A DNA stretch of 64,000 bases from positions 38,609 through 102,608 of the forward strand of contig JBAMLY010000009.1 of NCBI GenBank assembly GCA_039794045.1. The letters run 5' to 3'. Below, piece by piece: positions 1 to 10,701 of this stretch. Numbering within the stretch: position 1 is the first letter of the stretch; each line of letters starts with the position of its first letter. Position numbers and translations under genes: made by a program. This DNA is from Candidatus Micrarchaeia archaeon (GTDB lineage Archaea > Micrarchaeota > Micrarchaeia > Norongarragalinales > UBA8480). The notes beneath the pieces were generated by a model that worked only from the letters and a program-made list of their open reading frames with translations, made no database searches and was not told where the DNA came from.

Positions 1-38
1 CAAGAAATGCGAGTAAAACAAAGCGAGAAAGATTTTTC

Positions 39-449
39 GTGAAGAAAGGGTTTTTTTCTTCTGATGCCGCAATCGCGTCCTTGCTAGTGATAGCTATAAT
101 GGGTTTAGCTGTTTTTTCCTTGCGCGCCAACGCTATAAGCCTCGAACAAAAAAGCAGGGAAGCATTCCTGGAGCGCGTGGCCATAGAATCTGCCGACTTC
201 TTGTTGAAAAAGTGCGTTGGCGAGGGAGGGATTGCCGAGTGCAGCGCAACCGTGCACTCTCACGAGCTCGTGCAAGACGCTGAAAGCGCGGCGCGCGAGG
301 AAGCTAGCGAGCTTTCCAGGTTTTTCGGGGCAAGAGTGGAAGCATGGGTGCGCCCTGTTGGCGCGGAAGTAGTTGGCGGCGGCGTTTGCGTGAAGAGGCT
401 TGCCTTGCTTGAAGAAAAGGAAGTAGTGTTGGTGGTGTGCGCGCGGTGA
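39..449 (+). CDS. Pilin-like protein with class III (type IV prepilin) signal peptide, GTG start
   Basis: N-terminus MKKG|FFSSD followed by a ~20-aa hydrophobic helix, with an acidic residue at +5 after the predicted K-G cleavage site. Rest of the protein has no recognisable domain. Confidence 0.45.
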   Translation: MKKGFFSSDAAIASLLVIAIMGLAVFSLRANAISLEQKSREAFLERVAIESADFLLKKCVGEGGIAECSATVHSHELVQDAESAAREEASELSRFFGARVEAWVRPVGAEVVGGGVCVKRLALLEEKEVVLVVCAR

Positions 450-841
450 AGGGACTAGTTTTCTCTGTAGAGGCTTTGTTGAGCTTGCTCGCGGCAACCG
501 GTTTTGCTGCGCTGGTTGTAACCTCCAACGCGCCTGTCGGGCACGAGAGGGTTTACGAGTTCCAATTGGCGCAAGACTTTGCTGAAGTCTTGTGCAAGAG
601 CCACGAAAACAGGAAGGCGGTAGTTGAATTAGCTGGCGGGGGCGAGGCAACCGCGTTGCGCGAAAAAATTTTTGAGGCAGTGCACTCTCTGGGAAACTAT
701 TGCGTTAAAGTAAAGGCTGCAGAAAACGAGATCACAGTAAACTGCGATAGACAGCCAAACAATTTCGCGTCGGCGCAGAGGACTTTCTTTGACGGCAAAA
801 AGTTTTTCGTCGCCAGCGTTTCGGTTGGCTATTTTTCTTGA
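437..841 (+). CDS. Pilin-like protein, class III signal peptide
   Basis: N-terminus MRAVKG|LVFSVEALLSLLAATGFAALVV: basic residue then Gly, a hydrophobic helix and an acidic residue near +5/+6. It overlaps the upstream gene by 13 nt, which suggests an operon. Confidence 0.4.
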   Translation: MRAVKGLVFSVEALLSLLAATGFAALVVTSNAPVGHERVYEFQLAQDFAEVLCKSHENRKAVVELAGGGEATALREKIFEAVHSLGNYCVKVKAAENEITVNCDRQPNNFASAQRTFFDGKKFFVASVSVGYFS

Positions 842-1260
842 GCGAATGACACCCGCACTTCCCCGTTCAAGCAAGAAACAGTTGCCTGAAAGCTTCCACG
901 TGGAAGTCGAGTGGCGTTATAGAGGCTCACTGGGAATGAGAGGGCGCGCGAACTGTTTGAAGCCCTGCCACTTGAAGCAAAACTCATGCGAAGCTCGCCG
1001 GAGTCGGCGTCAAAGAAAAAAGAAGTATTGTCTGCCGGCAGGAAAACAGGGGTTGAAAAAGAGTTGCCGTTGCCGAGCACTGACGCATGCGAAGCCGCTT
1101 CCGCTACCCTGCTTAAAGCGCTTTCTTGAGCGCGCGACACTGCCGCGAAATTCGCGAGCGCGCGCGCAGAATTTATTGCTGGAATAAAGGCGGCAAGAAA
1201 AGCGAACAACGCCGCAAGAAGAATTATTAGTTCAACGCTGGCCTGGCTGTGCTTGCGCAT
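829..1260 (-). CDS. Pilin-like secreted protein, class III signal peptide
   Basis: N-terminus MRKHS|QASVELIILLAALFAFLAAF, i.e. Q at +1 and E at +5 like the pilins at 42-46 kb. Several N-x-S/T sequons (NTS, NSS, NAT). Confidence 0.45.
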   Translation of the reverse strand: MRKHSQASVELIILLAALFAFLAAFIPAINSARALANFAAVSRAQESALSRVAEAASHASVLGNGNSFSTPVFLPADNTSFFFDADSGELRMSFASSGRASNSSRALSFPVSLYNATRLPRGSFQATVSCLNGEVRVSFAQEK

Positions 1261-1810
1261 TATTCCAAGCTCCTACTTGAGAGAGCAGTTCGCTGGCTGA
1301 CTCGAAGTCCACGAGCGTCTTAAAGCATCCGTCGTTCAACAAAGCGACTCCGAGCGCTGGAATCCCGAGTTTTTCGCATGCCGCCAACCCGTCCTCTATT
1401 TCGCGAATGCACCCAAAGCCAATAACTGCGCCGGGCTTCTCGCGCTTTATTATCCTGAATAATATGGTGCTGCCGGGAGTAACGAAAACAGGTATTTTCA
1501 GACGCTCCTGCAAGAGCTTTACTTGGCAGGTGTCGTCGCACTTCTTGCAATGAAACCCGTTCTCGTCAAAGGAAGCGCGGCACTCGCCTTTAACGAGGCG
1601 GACGGGACTGCGAATGCAGTGCGGAAGGAAAGCGATTTTCTTTTTAGCTGCCTTGACTGCGGCGAGGTTTTTGTAGTTCTTTGCGCCTATTATGACGAGT
1701 GAAGCCTCGCGCTCGCTTATGCCGAACAAGTCGGCTACCCTGAGCTTCAAATCCTTTGAACTCAAGTCGAAGGCTATTGCCCTCTGAATAAAGTCTTTGA
1801 GTACGCTCAT
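1232..1810 (-). CDS. Conserved Cys-rich protein of unknown function (possibly DUF116-like)
   Basis: 192-aa ORF with CxxC and CxxxC clusters (HCKKCDDTC, GCIREIEDGLAAC). Family assignment is from memory only. Confidence 0.35.
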   Translation of the reverse strand: MSVLKDFIQRAIAFDLSSKDLKLRVADLFGISEREASLVIIGAKNYKNLAAVKAAKKKIAFLPHCIRSPVRLVKGECRASFDENGFHCKKCDDTCQVKLLQERLKIPVFVTPGSTILFRIIKREKPGAVIGFGCIREIEDGLAACEKLGIPALGVALLNDGCFKTLVDFESASELLSQVGAWNNAQAQPGQR

Positions 1811-1845
1811 TCAAATCAAGCAATAGAGTGGTGGACAAAGCTTTT

Positions 1846-2013
1846 CTACTTTATGTCCGCTATCTCGTCGAACGCTTTTTCGGTTTCGTTGCCGATTACT
1901 TTTTTTCCGGTTTGAGCCGTGCGCTGAAGCTGAGTAATCAAAACGACTGCAACTGCAATGACTGCTGCAATGATTATTATTAGTTCGGCGCTGACTTGAG
2001 CTTTCTCGTCCAT
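1846..2013 (-). CDS. Short Flp-like minipilin, class III signal peptide (start moved to internal ATG)
   Basis: The internal Met gives MDEKA|QVSAELIIIIAAVIAVAVVL (Q+1, E+5), the same MDE[KR]AQ start as the ORFs at 41959 and 44236. A GGAGGA Shine-Dalgarno lies about 8 nt upstream of this ATG. The 34-aa N-terminal extension in the ORF track is unlikely to be real. Confidence 0.55.
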   Translation of the reverse strand: MDEKAQVSAELIIIIAAVIAVAVVLITQLQRTAQTGKKVIGNETEKAFDEIADIK

Positions 2014-2027
2014 TTCTTTGTTCCTCC

Positions 2028-2684
2028 TCAGGCGGGCGTTCCCGCGAAAAACGCCGGGCCGAAAACCAGCAAGAAAAGCACGGCAGTTAACACTACCCAT
2101 ACAACTGCGTTCCACTTAAATATTTTCTCTCCATCGAAAGGAAAGAAGGGAATGGTGTTGAAGAGACCAAGCCAAGCGTTCGCCTTGTAGCCCAACCCTC
2201 CCACGAGCGCAACCATTCCCGCAGCTTCCTTGTTGCCTGAAGCCAGCACGAGGGGGACGACGAAGAACAACACTCCAGCGAAAAACAATGCGACAACCAA
2301 GTTAGTGAGCGGCCCGGCGATAGAAATCACTCCGTTCTGCTTGCGGTTAAGGTGCGGCCCAAAAATATATACCGCGCCAGGCGCCGCGAAAACTATTCCC
2401 ATGAATGAAGTCATTACAGCTACAAGCAGCCCAACCGGCCAGGCGCGAAACGCAGCGAAAGCACCATAGTGCTGCGCAGTGTACTTGTGAGCCAACTCGT
2501 GCAATACGAAGCCTGCGCCCACCGTCAAGAGAACGACTGCAAACGTGACGGCAAAGCTTGCGTCAGAAGGCACTCCCGCGAACGCTACAGAGAAAGCAAA
2601 AGAAATTACGGTAAGGGCAACGAAAATGTTCAGCATTTCTTGGTTATCCATAAAATTCTCCTCTCCTGCCACCAATTGCTTCAA
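2028..2684 (-). CDS. Membrane zinc metalloprotease, site-2-protease (M50) like
   Basis: HELAH (HExxH) sits in a transmembrane segment, with a downstream FDG motif resembling the LDG motif of S2P/M50 proteases. Polytopic membrane protein of 218 aa. Confidence 0.6.
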   Translation of the reverse strand: MKQLVAGEENFMDNQEMLNIFVALTVISFAFSVAFAGVPSDASFAVTFAVVLLTVGAGFVLHELAHKYTAQHYGAFAAFRAWPVGLLVAVMTSFMGIVFAAPGAVYIFGPHLNRKQNGVISIAGPLTNLVVALFFAGVLFFVVPLVLASGNKEAAGMVALVGGLGYKANAWLGLFNTIPFFPFDGEKIFKWNAVVWVVLTAVLFLLVFGPAFFAGTPA

Positions 2685-2702
2685 ACTTCTGCGTTAGCCA
2701 CT

Positions 2703-4868
<2,166 letters not shown>

Positions 4869-5651
4869 TCAAGCAGCGTCTGCGTCGCCGGGAAGCCACG
4901 CAAGCACGCCGTCATTGTTCGTTAAACCAAGAATCTTAATAACCATTTTCGCAAAATCAGTTTTCTTCACGCGCCCAGGCACCACCCGCAAAGCGCCAGC
5001 GGGCTTGGGGCAAACCACTGGAAGCACTGAAAGAATGCCTTCCCTCGCGAAGAACCACAGGCCAAGCGGAACGCCTCGAAACCACTTTCTCTCTCCGTAA
5101 ATCATGAAGCCGCCCTTTGCCACGAACTCGCCGTGAGAATACTTGCTGACTTGGTCGGGCTTCACCGCGTAAACGTCGCAAGAACTAAAGCCACCCTTCC
5201 AAGCGCTGCTGTAACTCGCAGCCCAGCAAGCAGTTTCCAGCAAGTCCTTCTCGCCAGCTTTTTGTCCGTCCTTTAAAATCGTTGCTGGCGCGCCATGAAC
5301 GTCTGCGTGAAAAAACAAGTCCCCTTCACGCAAGTACTTGGCAGCAAGCAACTCATTTTGCTTCGCATCCCTCCCAGCAACGACGAGGAACCCCCCACTC
5401 GTGCGAAACCACCGGAAAGCCTCAAACCACTCACGCTTGCGTGCTTCCTTGACGCGCACGCGCGGCGCTTCGCTCGCAGCACTTTTTTCTTCCTCTAACG
5501 CGATCTGCTTTCTTACTTCCTCCATGGAAGCAAGGGCTGCCTCGCGCTTGCGCTTGGCTTCCTTGGCTGCGTCGAAGTGCTTTGCCGCGTTCTGCCGCGC
5601 ACTCAGATTCAAGTCAATCTCTACCTGCATTAAAATCACTTTCTCCTGCAT
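4869..5651 (-). CDS. DUF814/NFACT-R domain protein (RqcH/FbpA-related)
   Basis: N-terminal coiled-coil region followed by the motif GDLFFHADVHGAP, typical of NFACT-R/DUF814. Length 260 aa. Confidence 0.45.
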   Translation of the reverse strand: MQEKVILMQVEIDLNLSARQNAAKHFDAAKEAKRKREAALASMEEVRKQIALEEEKSAASEAPRVRVKEARKREWFEAFRWFRTSGGFLVVAGRDAKQNELLAAKYLREGDLFFHADVHGAPATILKDGQKAGEKDLLETACWAASYSSAWKGGFSSCDVYAVKPDQVSKYSHGEFVAKGGFMIYGERKWFRGVPLGLWFFAREGILSVLPVVCPKPAGALRVVPGRVKKTDFAKMVIKILGLTNNDGVLAWLPGDADAA

Positions 5652-5926
5652 CTCACGAAAATTATACGCAAGCCCTCTACTATTTCGTTGTCAGGGTTTA
5701 TGCCGAAAAACCTTTCACGACCCCGCCTCTCCTCGGATACGAGACCAAGCCGCTCCAAGTTCTCCATTTCCCTGTGCACCGCGCTGAACGCCAAATCGAG
5801 TTGCTCGGAAAGCTCGCGCAAGTAAAAACTCTCGCCAGATTCTTCCAGCAACTTTGCCAAGATGAGTGCACGCGTCCGCGAACCAAACAAGCGCTCAACA
5901 CGCGAAATATCTAACCTTGAAATCAT
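5636..5926 (-). CDS. Winged-helix transcriptional regulator, ArsR/SmtB-like
   Basis: 96-aa ORF with the RALILAKLLEESGESFYLRELSEQLDLAFSAVHREMENLERLGLV helix-turn-helix region. It overlaps the upstream gene by 16 nt. Confidence 0.65.
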   Translation of the reverse strand: MISRLDISRVERLFGSRTRALILAKLLEESGESFYLRELSEQLDLAFSAVHREMENLERLGLVSEERRGRERFFGINPDNEIVEGLRIIFVRCRRK

Positions 5927-5947
5927 ATTATCTAATATTTAGATAAT
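5927..5947. promoter_or_regulatory. Perfect palindrome ATTATCTAA-TAT-TTAGATAAT abutting the ArsR-like start codon; putative operator
   Basis: A 9-bp inverted repeat with a 3-bp spacer was read directly in the sequence. It lies immediately 5' of the regulator start codon (minus strand) in an AT-rich promoter region. Confidence 0.4.
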
Positions 5948-5987
5948 AGGATTAATAATGTTTTGGGTTACTCACAACAGTGTAAAA

Positions 5988-8039
5988 TCAGTTACTTTCT
6001 TTCTTCTTTCCCCAGTTCTTCTTGGTTTCGCAGGCGGGGTCGAGGCACATCCTGAACGGGCGCTTGCCTTTGCGGACGATGGTCACTATTGGAGTCCCGC
6101 ACTTTTCGCAGGTCTTGCCTGTGGACTTGGGGACCGCGTCTTTGGGAAGCGAGTAAACGTTGCGGCACTCTGGGTAGGCGTTGCACCCCACGAAATAGCC
6201 GTACTTGCTCTTGCGTATGACGAGCATTCCTTTCCCGCATTTGCTGCACTTGCCGAGAGTGTTGGCGGAAGACTGGGTTACACGCAGTCCTTTGAGGAGG
6301 TCGGCGCCTATCTCTTGCTCTTTTTTCCTGAATTTTTCGAGTATGGCTGAAAGTTCTTTGCGGCTGTCCTCCAGCACTTTTTCTCTTGAAAGCCTTGCCT
6401 CCTGAATTTCCTCCATTTCTTTTTCGAGCGAGCGAGTCATTTCCTCGCTTAGAATGTCTGGTGCGTGCTTTTTGAGTGCCTCGAAAACAGTCATTCCCAA
6501 CGGGGTTACCTCTATGTTTTTCTCGCCGCGCAAGTAGCCCCTGTCGAAGAGCGTTTGAATTATGGCGGCGCGCGTTGCCTTCGTGCCCAACTCTTTTTCC
6601 TCGAGTTTTTTCACTAGGGAAGCGAGGGTGTAGCGCTTTGGCGGCTGCGTTTGTTTTTCCACTAACTCTATCTTGCTGGCCTCTATTTGTTGTCCTTCCT
6701 TGAAGGAAGGCAGCATTACTTCGTCCAAGGAAGCATAGGGAGCATAGAAATCTATCCAGCCAGGCTCGAGCGTGTGCGTGCCAGTAACCGAGTAAGGCTC
6801 TCCACCTATTTCCGCGTGAACGCAGTCAGTTTCCCTCCGCGCTTCCTCGGCGAAGCAGGCGAGGAACCTGCGCGTTATCAAGTCATACAATTTTTTTTGT
6901 TGCTCTCCTATTTCCGAGGGCTTCAACCCAGTCGGGTGAATTGCTGGATGCGCTGGATCCTCTTTTTTTCCTTCGCTTGGCTTGAAGCGGTTCGCTGCCT
7001 GAAGCCTGCCTGCAAGCTCAGAGTAAGCAGGGTTTTCAGCAAGCAACGAAATTATTTTCTTGAGGTTGAGTTTGGAGGGCAGTTTCTGCGAGGAAGTGCG
7101 CGGATAGGAAATGAGGGCTGCTTCGTAAAGGTTTTGCGCCAGCTGCAGGGTCTGCGTCGGAGAAAACCCGAACGCGCCGTAGGCTTCCACTTGAAGGCTA
7201 GTTAAGTCAAACGGGTGCGGTGGAAGCTGGCGGAACTCCTTGCGTTCCACGCGAACTATTCTCGCGCCGCGTTTTCCAGCCAAGCTTTTCTCGTAAGCTG
7301 CCACGGCTTTCTCTTTGTCGAAGAAATTGCCTGCCTCGTGGGAAAAGCGGACGCCGTGCTGCTTTTCGTAAGCGAACAACTGCCAGTACGGCTGGGGCTT
7401 GAATGCGCTTATCTCGTTTTCTTTTTTCGCGAGCAAGGCAAGCGCTGGTCCCTGCACTCGCCCAATGCTTAAGACGCGGAAAGCGCCTGCTTTTTTTATT
7501 GCGCTCATGAGAGCGCGGGAGAGGTTAATGCCCCAAACCCAGTCTACTTCGTGGCGGGTGCGACCTGCCTCTACTGCTTTGGAATCTTGGGGGCCGGCGT
7601 GCTCGAAGGCTTCAACTAAATCTTCTGCGACGAGTGTGGAGAAATACATTCTCTTCGGCTTTTTCACTCCGCACGCGAACTCTAAAATGTTGGCTGCGAT
7701 TACCTCGCCTTCAACGTCCCAGTCAGTGGCAGCCACGAAGTCGTCTGCTTTCTTGGCGAGCTTCTTTATGTTGTTCAAGTAGTCTTTCGTGAAAGCGCTT
7801 TCCTTGCTTACCTCGTAGGAAGGAACCCACTCTACTTCAAATGAAGGGTAAGAGTACCCTTTCTCTTTGGAGCGCAGTCCATACAAGTGACCCACGGCTG
7901 GCGCGACTATCACTTGCTTGCCGTTGTGAGTCAACTCGAACCAATAGACTTGCTTTGCACGCTCTTGCTTGGGTTTTGAGTCAGCCAACGCCGCAGCTAT
8001 TTTTGCTGCAGCCTGTGGTTTTTCTGCGAGAACCAGCAC
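5988..8039 (-). CDS. DNA topoisomerase type IA (Topo I/III-like) with C-terminal zinc ribbons
   Basis: Toprim N-terminus, a central topoisomerase IA core, and C-terminal CxxC...CxxC zinc ribbons (CSKCGKG...CNAYPEC; CEKCGTP...CLDPAC). Length 683 aa. Confidence 0.9.
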   Translation of the reverse strand: MLVLAEKPQAAAKIAAALADSKPKQERAKQVYWFELTHNGKQVIVAPAVGHLYGLRSKEKGYSYPSFEVEWVPSYEVSKESAFTKDYLNNIKKLAKKADDFVAATDWDVEGEVIAANILEFACGVKKPKRMYFSTLVAEDLVEAFEHAGPQDSKAVEAGRTRHEVDWVWGINLSRALMSAIKKAGAFRVLSIGRVQGPALALLAKKENEISAFKPQPYWQLFAYEKQHGVRFSHEAGNFFDKEKAVAAYEKSLAGKRGARIVRVERKEFRQLPPHPFDLTSLQVEAYGAFGFSPTQTLQLAQNLYEAALISYPRTSSQKLPSKLNLKKIISLLAENPAYSELAGRLQAANRFKPSEGKKEDPAHPAIHPTGLKPSEIGEQQKKLYDLITRRFLACFAEEARRETDCVHAEIGGEPYSVTGTHTLEPGWIDFYAPYASLDEVMLPSFKEGQQIEASKIELVEKQTQPPKRYTLASLVKKLEEKELGTKATRAAIIQTLFDRGYLRGEKNIEVTPLGMTVFEALKKHAPDILSEEMTRSLEKEMEEIQEARLSREKVLEDSRKELSAILEKFRKKEQEIGADLLKGLRVTQSSANTLGKCSKCGKGMLVIRKSKYGYFVGCNAYPECRNVYSLPKDAVPKSTGKTCEKCGTPIVTIVRKGKRPFRMCLDPACETKKNWGKKKESN

Positions 8040-8063
8040 TACCAGAAAGCATTACCTTGCCTT

Positions 8064-8807
8064 TCAGCCGAGAATAGAGTACTTAGACAAATAAATTTGG
8101 ACTTTGAGGCACTCCAGGAAAGGCAGGATTGCGAGCGCATTGACTACTATTGACAAGTAACGCGAAATCATTGCCTGCTCTCCCAACGCCGTCCCCAAAG
8201 CCAGGAAAAGCGCGTCGTTCGCGAGCAACAACAATACTGCAACGCCGAAAAAGCCTGCAACGTAAAACGGCTTGCGCGTCAGCAAAGAAATGCTCCTGCT
8301 GAAAACGTGTCTCGCCTCCAAGTCCTCTAAAACTATTGCTTGGCCAGCGAAAAGCACTGAAAGCGATAACGCGAAAGAGAAAAGCGCTCCAAGGAAAGTA
8401 TGCAAACCGAAATCGTAGAGCAAGTAGTTGACGCCGAAGCTCACGGCGAAAACCGCGGCGTAAACGAGGAACAACTTGAATGTTTGAACCTCTATTTTTT
8501 CGATGTCGCGCGAATTCAAGCGCAACAGCGTCCTCTGCGACTTTATCACAAGGTTTACTGCCACGACAGAGAAAGCGAATAGTAAGAGTGCGAAAACAAG
8601 GGCAGCGAAAATCAGTAAGGCGTCAAAGATCGTCAAGTCGTGGCGAATGCTTCCAAAACGCAGGAAAATGCTTCCCAGGGAAACAAAGTTGGGGAGTACT
8701 AGCGCAAGGGGAAACGAAACCAGGAAGGGAATGCTGAAAAACGAAATGAGTTTGAAGTTGCGGATGTAAGCAGATAAAGCGTGCCTCAACACGGCATAGA
8801 AAGACAT
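8064..8807 (-). CDS. Polytopic membrane protein, unknown function
   Basis: 247 aa with roughly six hydrophobic helices and no recognisable motif. Confidence 0.45.
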   Translation of the reverse strand: MSFYAVLRHALSAYIRNFKLISFFSIPFLVSFPLALVLPNFVSLGSIFLRFGSIRHDLTIFDALLIFAALVFALLLFAFSVVAVNLVIKSQRTLLRLNSRDIEKIEVQTFKLFLVYAAVFAVSFGVNYLLYDFGLHTFLGALFSFALSLSVLFAGQAIVLEDLEARHVFSRSISLLTRKPFYVAGFFGVAVLLLLANDALFLALGTALGEQAMISRYLSIVVNALAILPFLECLKVQIYLSKYSILG

Positions 8808-8859
8808 TCTATTACACCTGGAGTTGTTTAGTGCTCCACTGATTTTAAATTAAACGGTT

Positions 8860-10527
8860 TCAGGAAACAAAGCAGCTCTTCAAGTCCTCCATGACGTTCT
8901 CGTCGCTCAGCCGCGCATCGCATCCTCTGGCGCCGCGGTTGGCAAGGCAATACCATTCCTTGAGTTTTTCAGCAGAAGGAATCTCGCGCACGAGAACCTG
9001 GTTATTTATGAGTACTGCAGGTGCGCCATTTACTCCTGCTTGCGTGACGAAGTCAGCGTCCCTCTCCAGTAAGAACTTGCCTTGCCTTTCAACGCAATCT
9101 GCAATCTTGGTGGCGTTGTAACCAGCTTGCACCGCGCAATCTTGCCATGCCATGGAAGAATTGATTCCGCAAGCAACGTAGGCAGCGAAAGCGCTTGAAT
9201 TAATCGAGAAAGCGCAAGCCTGGCGAGCGTCTTCGTCGAGTTCTGCGGCAGAAGCAGCGTACAAAGAGTTGTTCGCGTAGCGCTTGACAACGAAGCGAAC
9301 GTCAAAAGAAGAGTTTTCAAGAGCGCTGGCAACGTCTCCCACGATCGCCGCCGCCACAGCAGAGGCGGGACACTTTCCCATCGCGAACAAAGTCAGTGAA
9401 TTGTTCTTCGCTTGCCTTTGCAGGAACTTGGAGGGCGCAGTGGAAGCAATTGCTTTCCCGTTCTTGTCCGCGAAAACCAGTGCGGGACTCAACACATAGT
9501 AGCCTCCCACGCTCAACAAGTCGTCTTTAACTTTTTCGTAGCCCTCGCCTTTCTTTACGCTCTCGTCAAAGACAAAGGCTGGAACTCCAGTCAAGCCAAG
9601 GTAGCGCGCCTTGCCTGCGCCAGCAATTGTTGAAACGTCTTCGAATGACGCGTTCAACCCCTTGAAGTAACCTTTTAAAACGCTTACCACTGGCTGCGCG
9701 TCGCAGGGACCACAAGAAGAGTCGGTGAAGACAGTCAAGTTTACTCGTTCTGCCGCGGAGTAAATGCATTTAGCTGAAAGCTTGCCAGCGTCAACGCACT
9801 TGCCAACCGCGCCTTCTCCTGCCGCGCACTCGAAGTCAGCCGAACAAGCTGGAATGCGCGCGCAAGCCTCGTGCGAGGGAATGACGCCGCAAACTGCTTG
9901 CATTACTGAAGTAACGGTTACTGGCTTCTGCAGCAAAGTCGTGTTTACGTAAAGCACTGGCGCGTTGATGGCGCGTACTCTAAGCGCGCTCGCCACGCGA
10001 AAACTCTCTTCAAGCAACTGCTTGCCTTCTTGGCCCTCCGCGCACGCGCTTACCACGTCGTAGTCAACGCCAGTCTGCTTGCCGCAAGTCCTGCCGTCAA
10101 TGCCGTTGGCGCGGCATGCTACAAAATCAAAAAAAATTTCAGGGTAATGTTTTTGAGCGCAAGCTTGCCTGGCGTCCTCGGCGACTTCTTCTTCCCCACC
10201 CTGCGCACGGAAAGCGTAGCCCTCGAATGCCACCACGAAATACATTTGCAGGGAAACATTGGAACCAAATTCTTCGAGGACGCGCTTGACCGCAAGTTCT
10301 GCCTCCTGCGACTTAGAGTCAAGGCCGTTCACGAACAACTCAAGTTTTACTGGCTTGAATTCGTTGTGCTGCTGCGCAACCGGCTCCTTGAACAGGAAAG
10401 CAGCCGCTATGAATAATATTACTATTACTGCCGCGGCCGCGACCCAAACGAGGGCGCCCGACTTCTCTAGCGTGGGCTGTTCCACGCGCTTTTCTGGCTT
10501 GGTTTTTTCCTTTCCTGTTTTCTTCAA
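8860..10527 (-). CDS. Membrane-anchored extracytoplasmic thioredoxin-fold protein with an internal duplication
   Basis: A Lys-rich N-terminus plus one TM helix, then a CGPC thioredoxin active-site motif (VFTDSSCGPCDAQ). The block ARQACA...FVAC appears twice. More than 20 Cys and many N-x-S/T sequons (NVS, NTT, NLT, NAS, NNS, NSS, NAT). Confidence 0.55.
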   Translation of the reverse strand: MKKTGKEKTKPEKRVEQPTLEKSGALVWVAAAAVIVILFIAAAFLFKEPVAQQHNEFKPVKLELFVNGLDSKSQEAELAVKRVLEEFGSNVSLQMYFVVAFEGYAFRAQGGEEEVAEDARQACAQKHYPEIFFDFVACRANGIDGRTCGKQTGVDYDVVSACAEGQEGKQLLEESFRVASALRVRAINAPVLYVNTTLLQKPVTVTSVMQAVCGVIPSHEACARIPACSADFECAAGEGAVGKCVDAGKLSAKCIYSAAERVNLTVFTDSSCGPCDAQPVVSVLKGYFKGLNASFEDVSTIAGAGKARYLGLTGVPAFVFDESVKKGEGYEKVKDDLLSVGGYYVLSPALVFADKNGKAIASTAPSKFLQRQAKNNSLTLFAMGKCPASAVAAAIVGDVASALENSSFDVRFVVKRYANNSLYAASAAELDEDARQACAFSINSSAFAAYVACGINSSMAWQDCAVQAGYNATKIADCVERQGKFLLERDADFVTQAGVNGAPAVLINNQVLVREIPSAEKLKEWYCLANRGARGCDARLSDENVMEDLKSCFVS

Positions 10528-10701
10528 CGCGTCCCACCCTCAAACAAGTAAAAAAATGCGGCTGCCGGGATTTTCAGACGGAAAAGCCTTTGCGGCCTTT
10601 CTTTTTCCGATGAACCCCTTCTCTTCCAGAAAAGGAGTTCTTTTGAACCCGGGTCTCCAGATTGGCAATCTGACGTCCTACCAGGCTAGACTACAACCGC
10701 T

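Noticed and set aside
1846-2115. Full 89-aa version of the minipilin ORF
   Set aside because: The first 34 codons are Arg/Cys-rich with no RBS. The internal ATG has a GGAGGA RBS and yields a canonical class III signal peptide at the very N-terminus.
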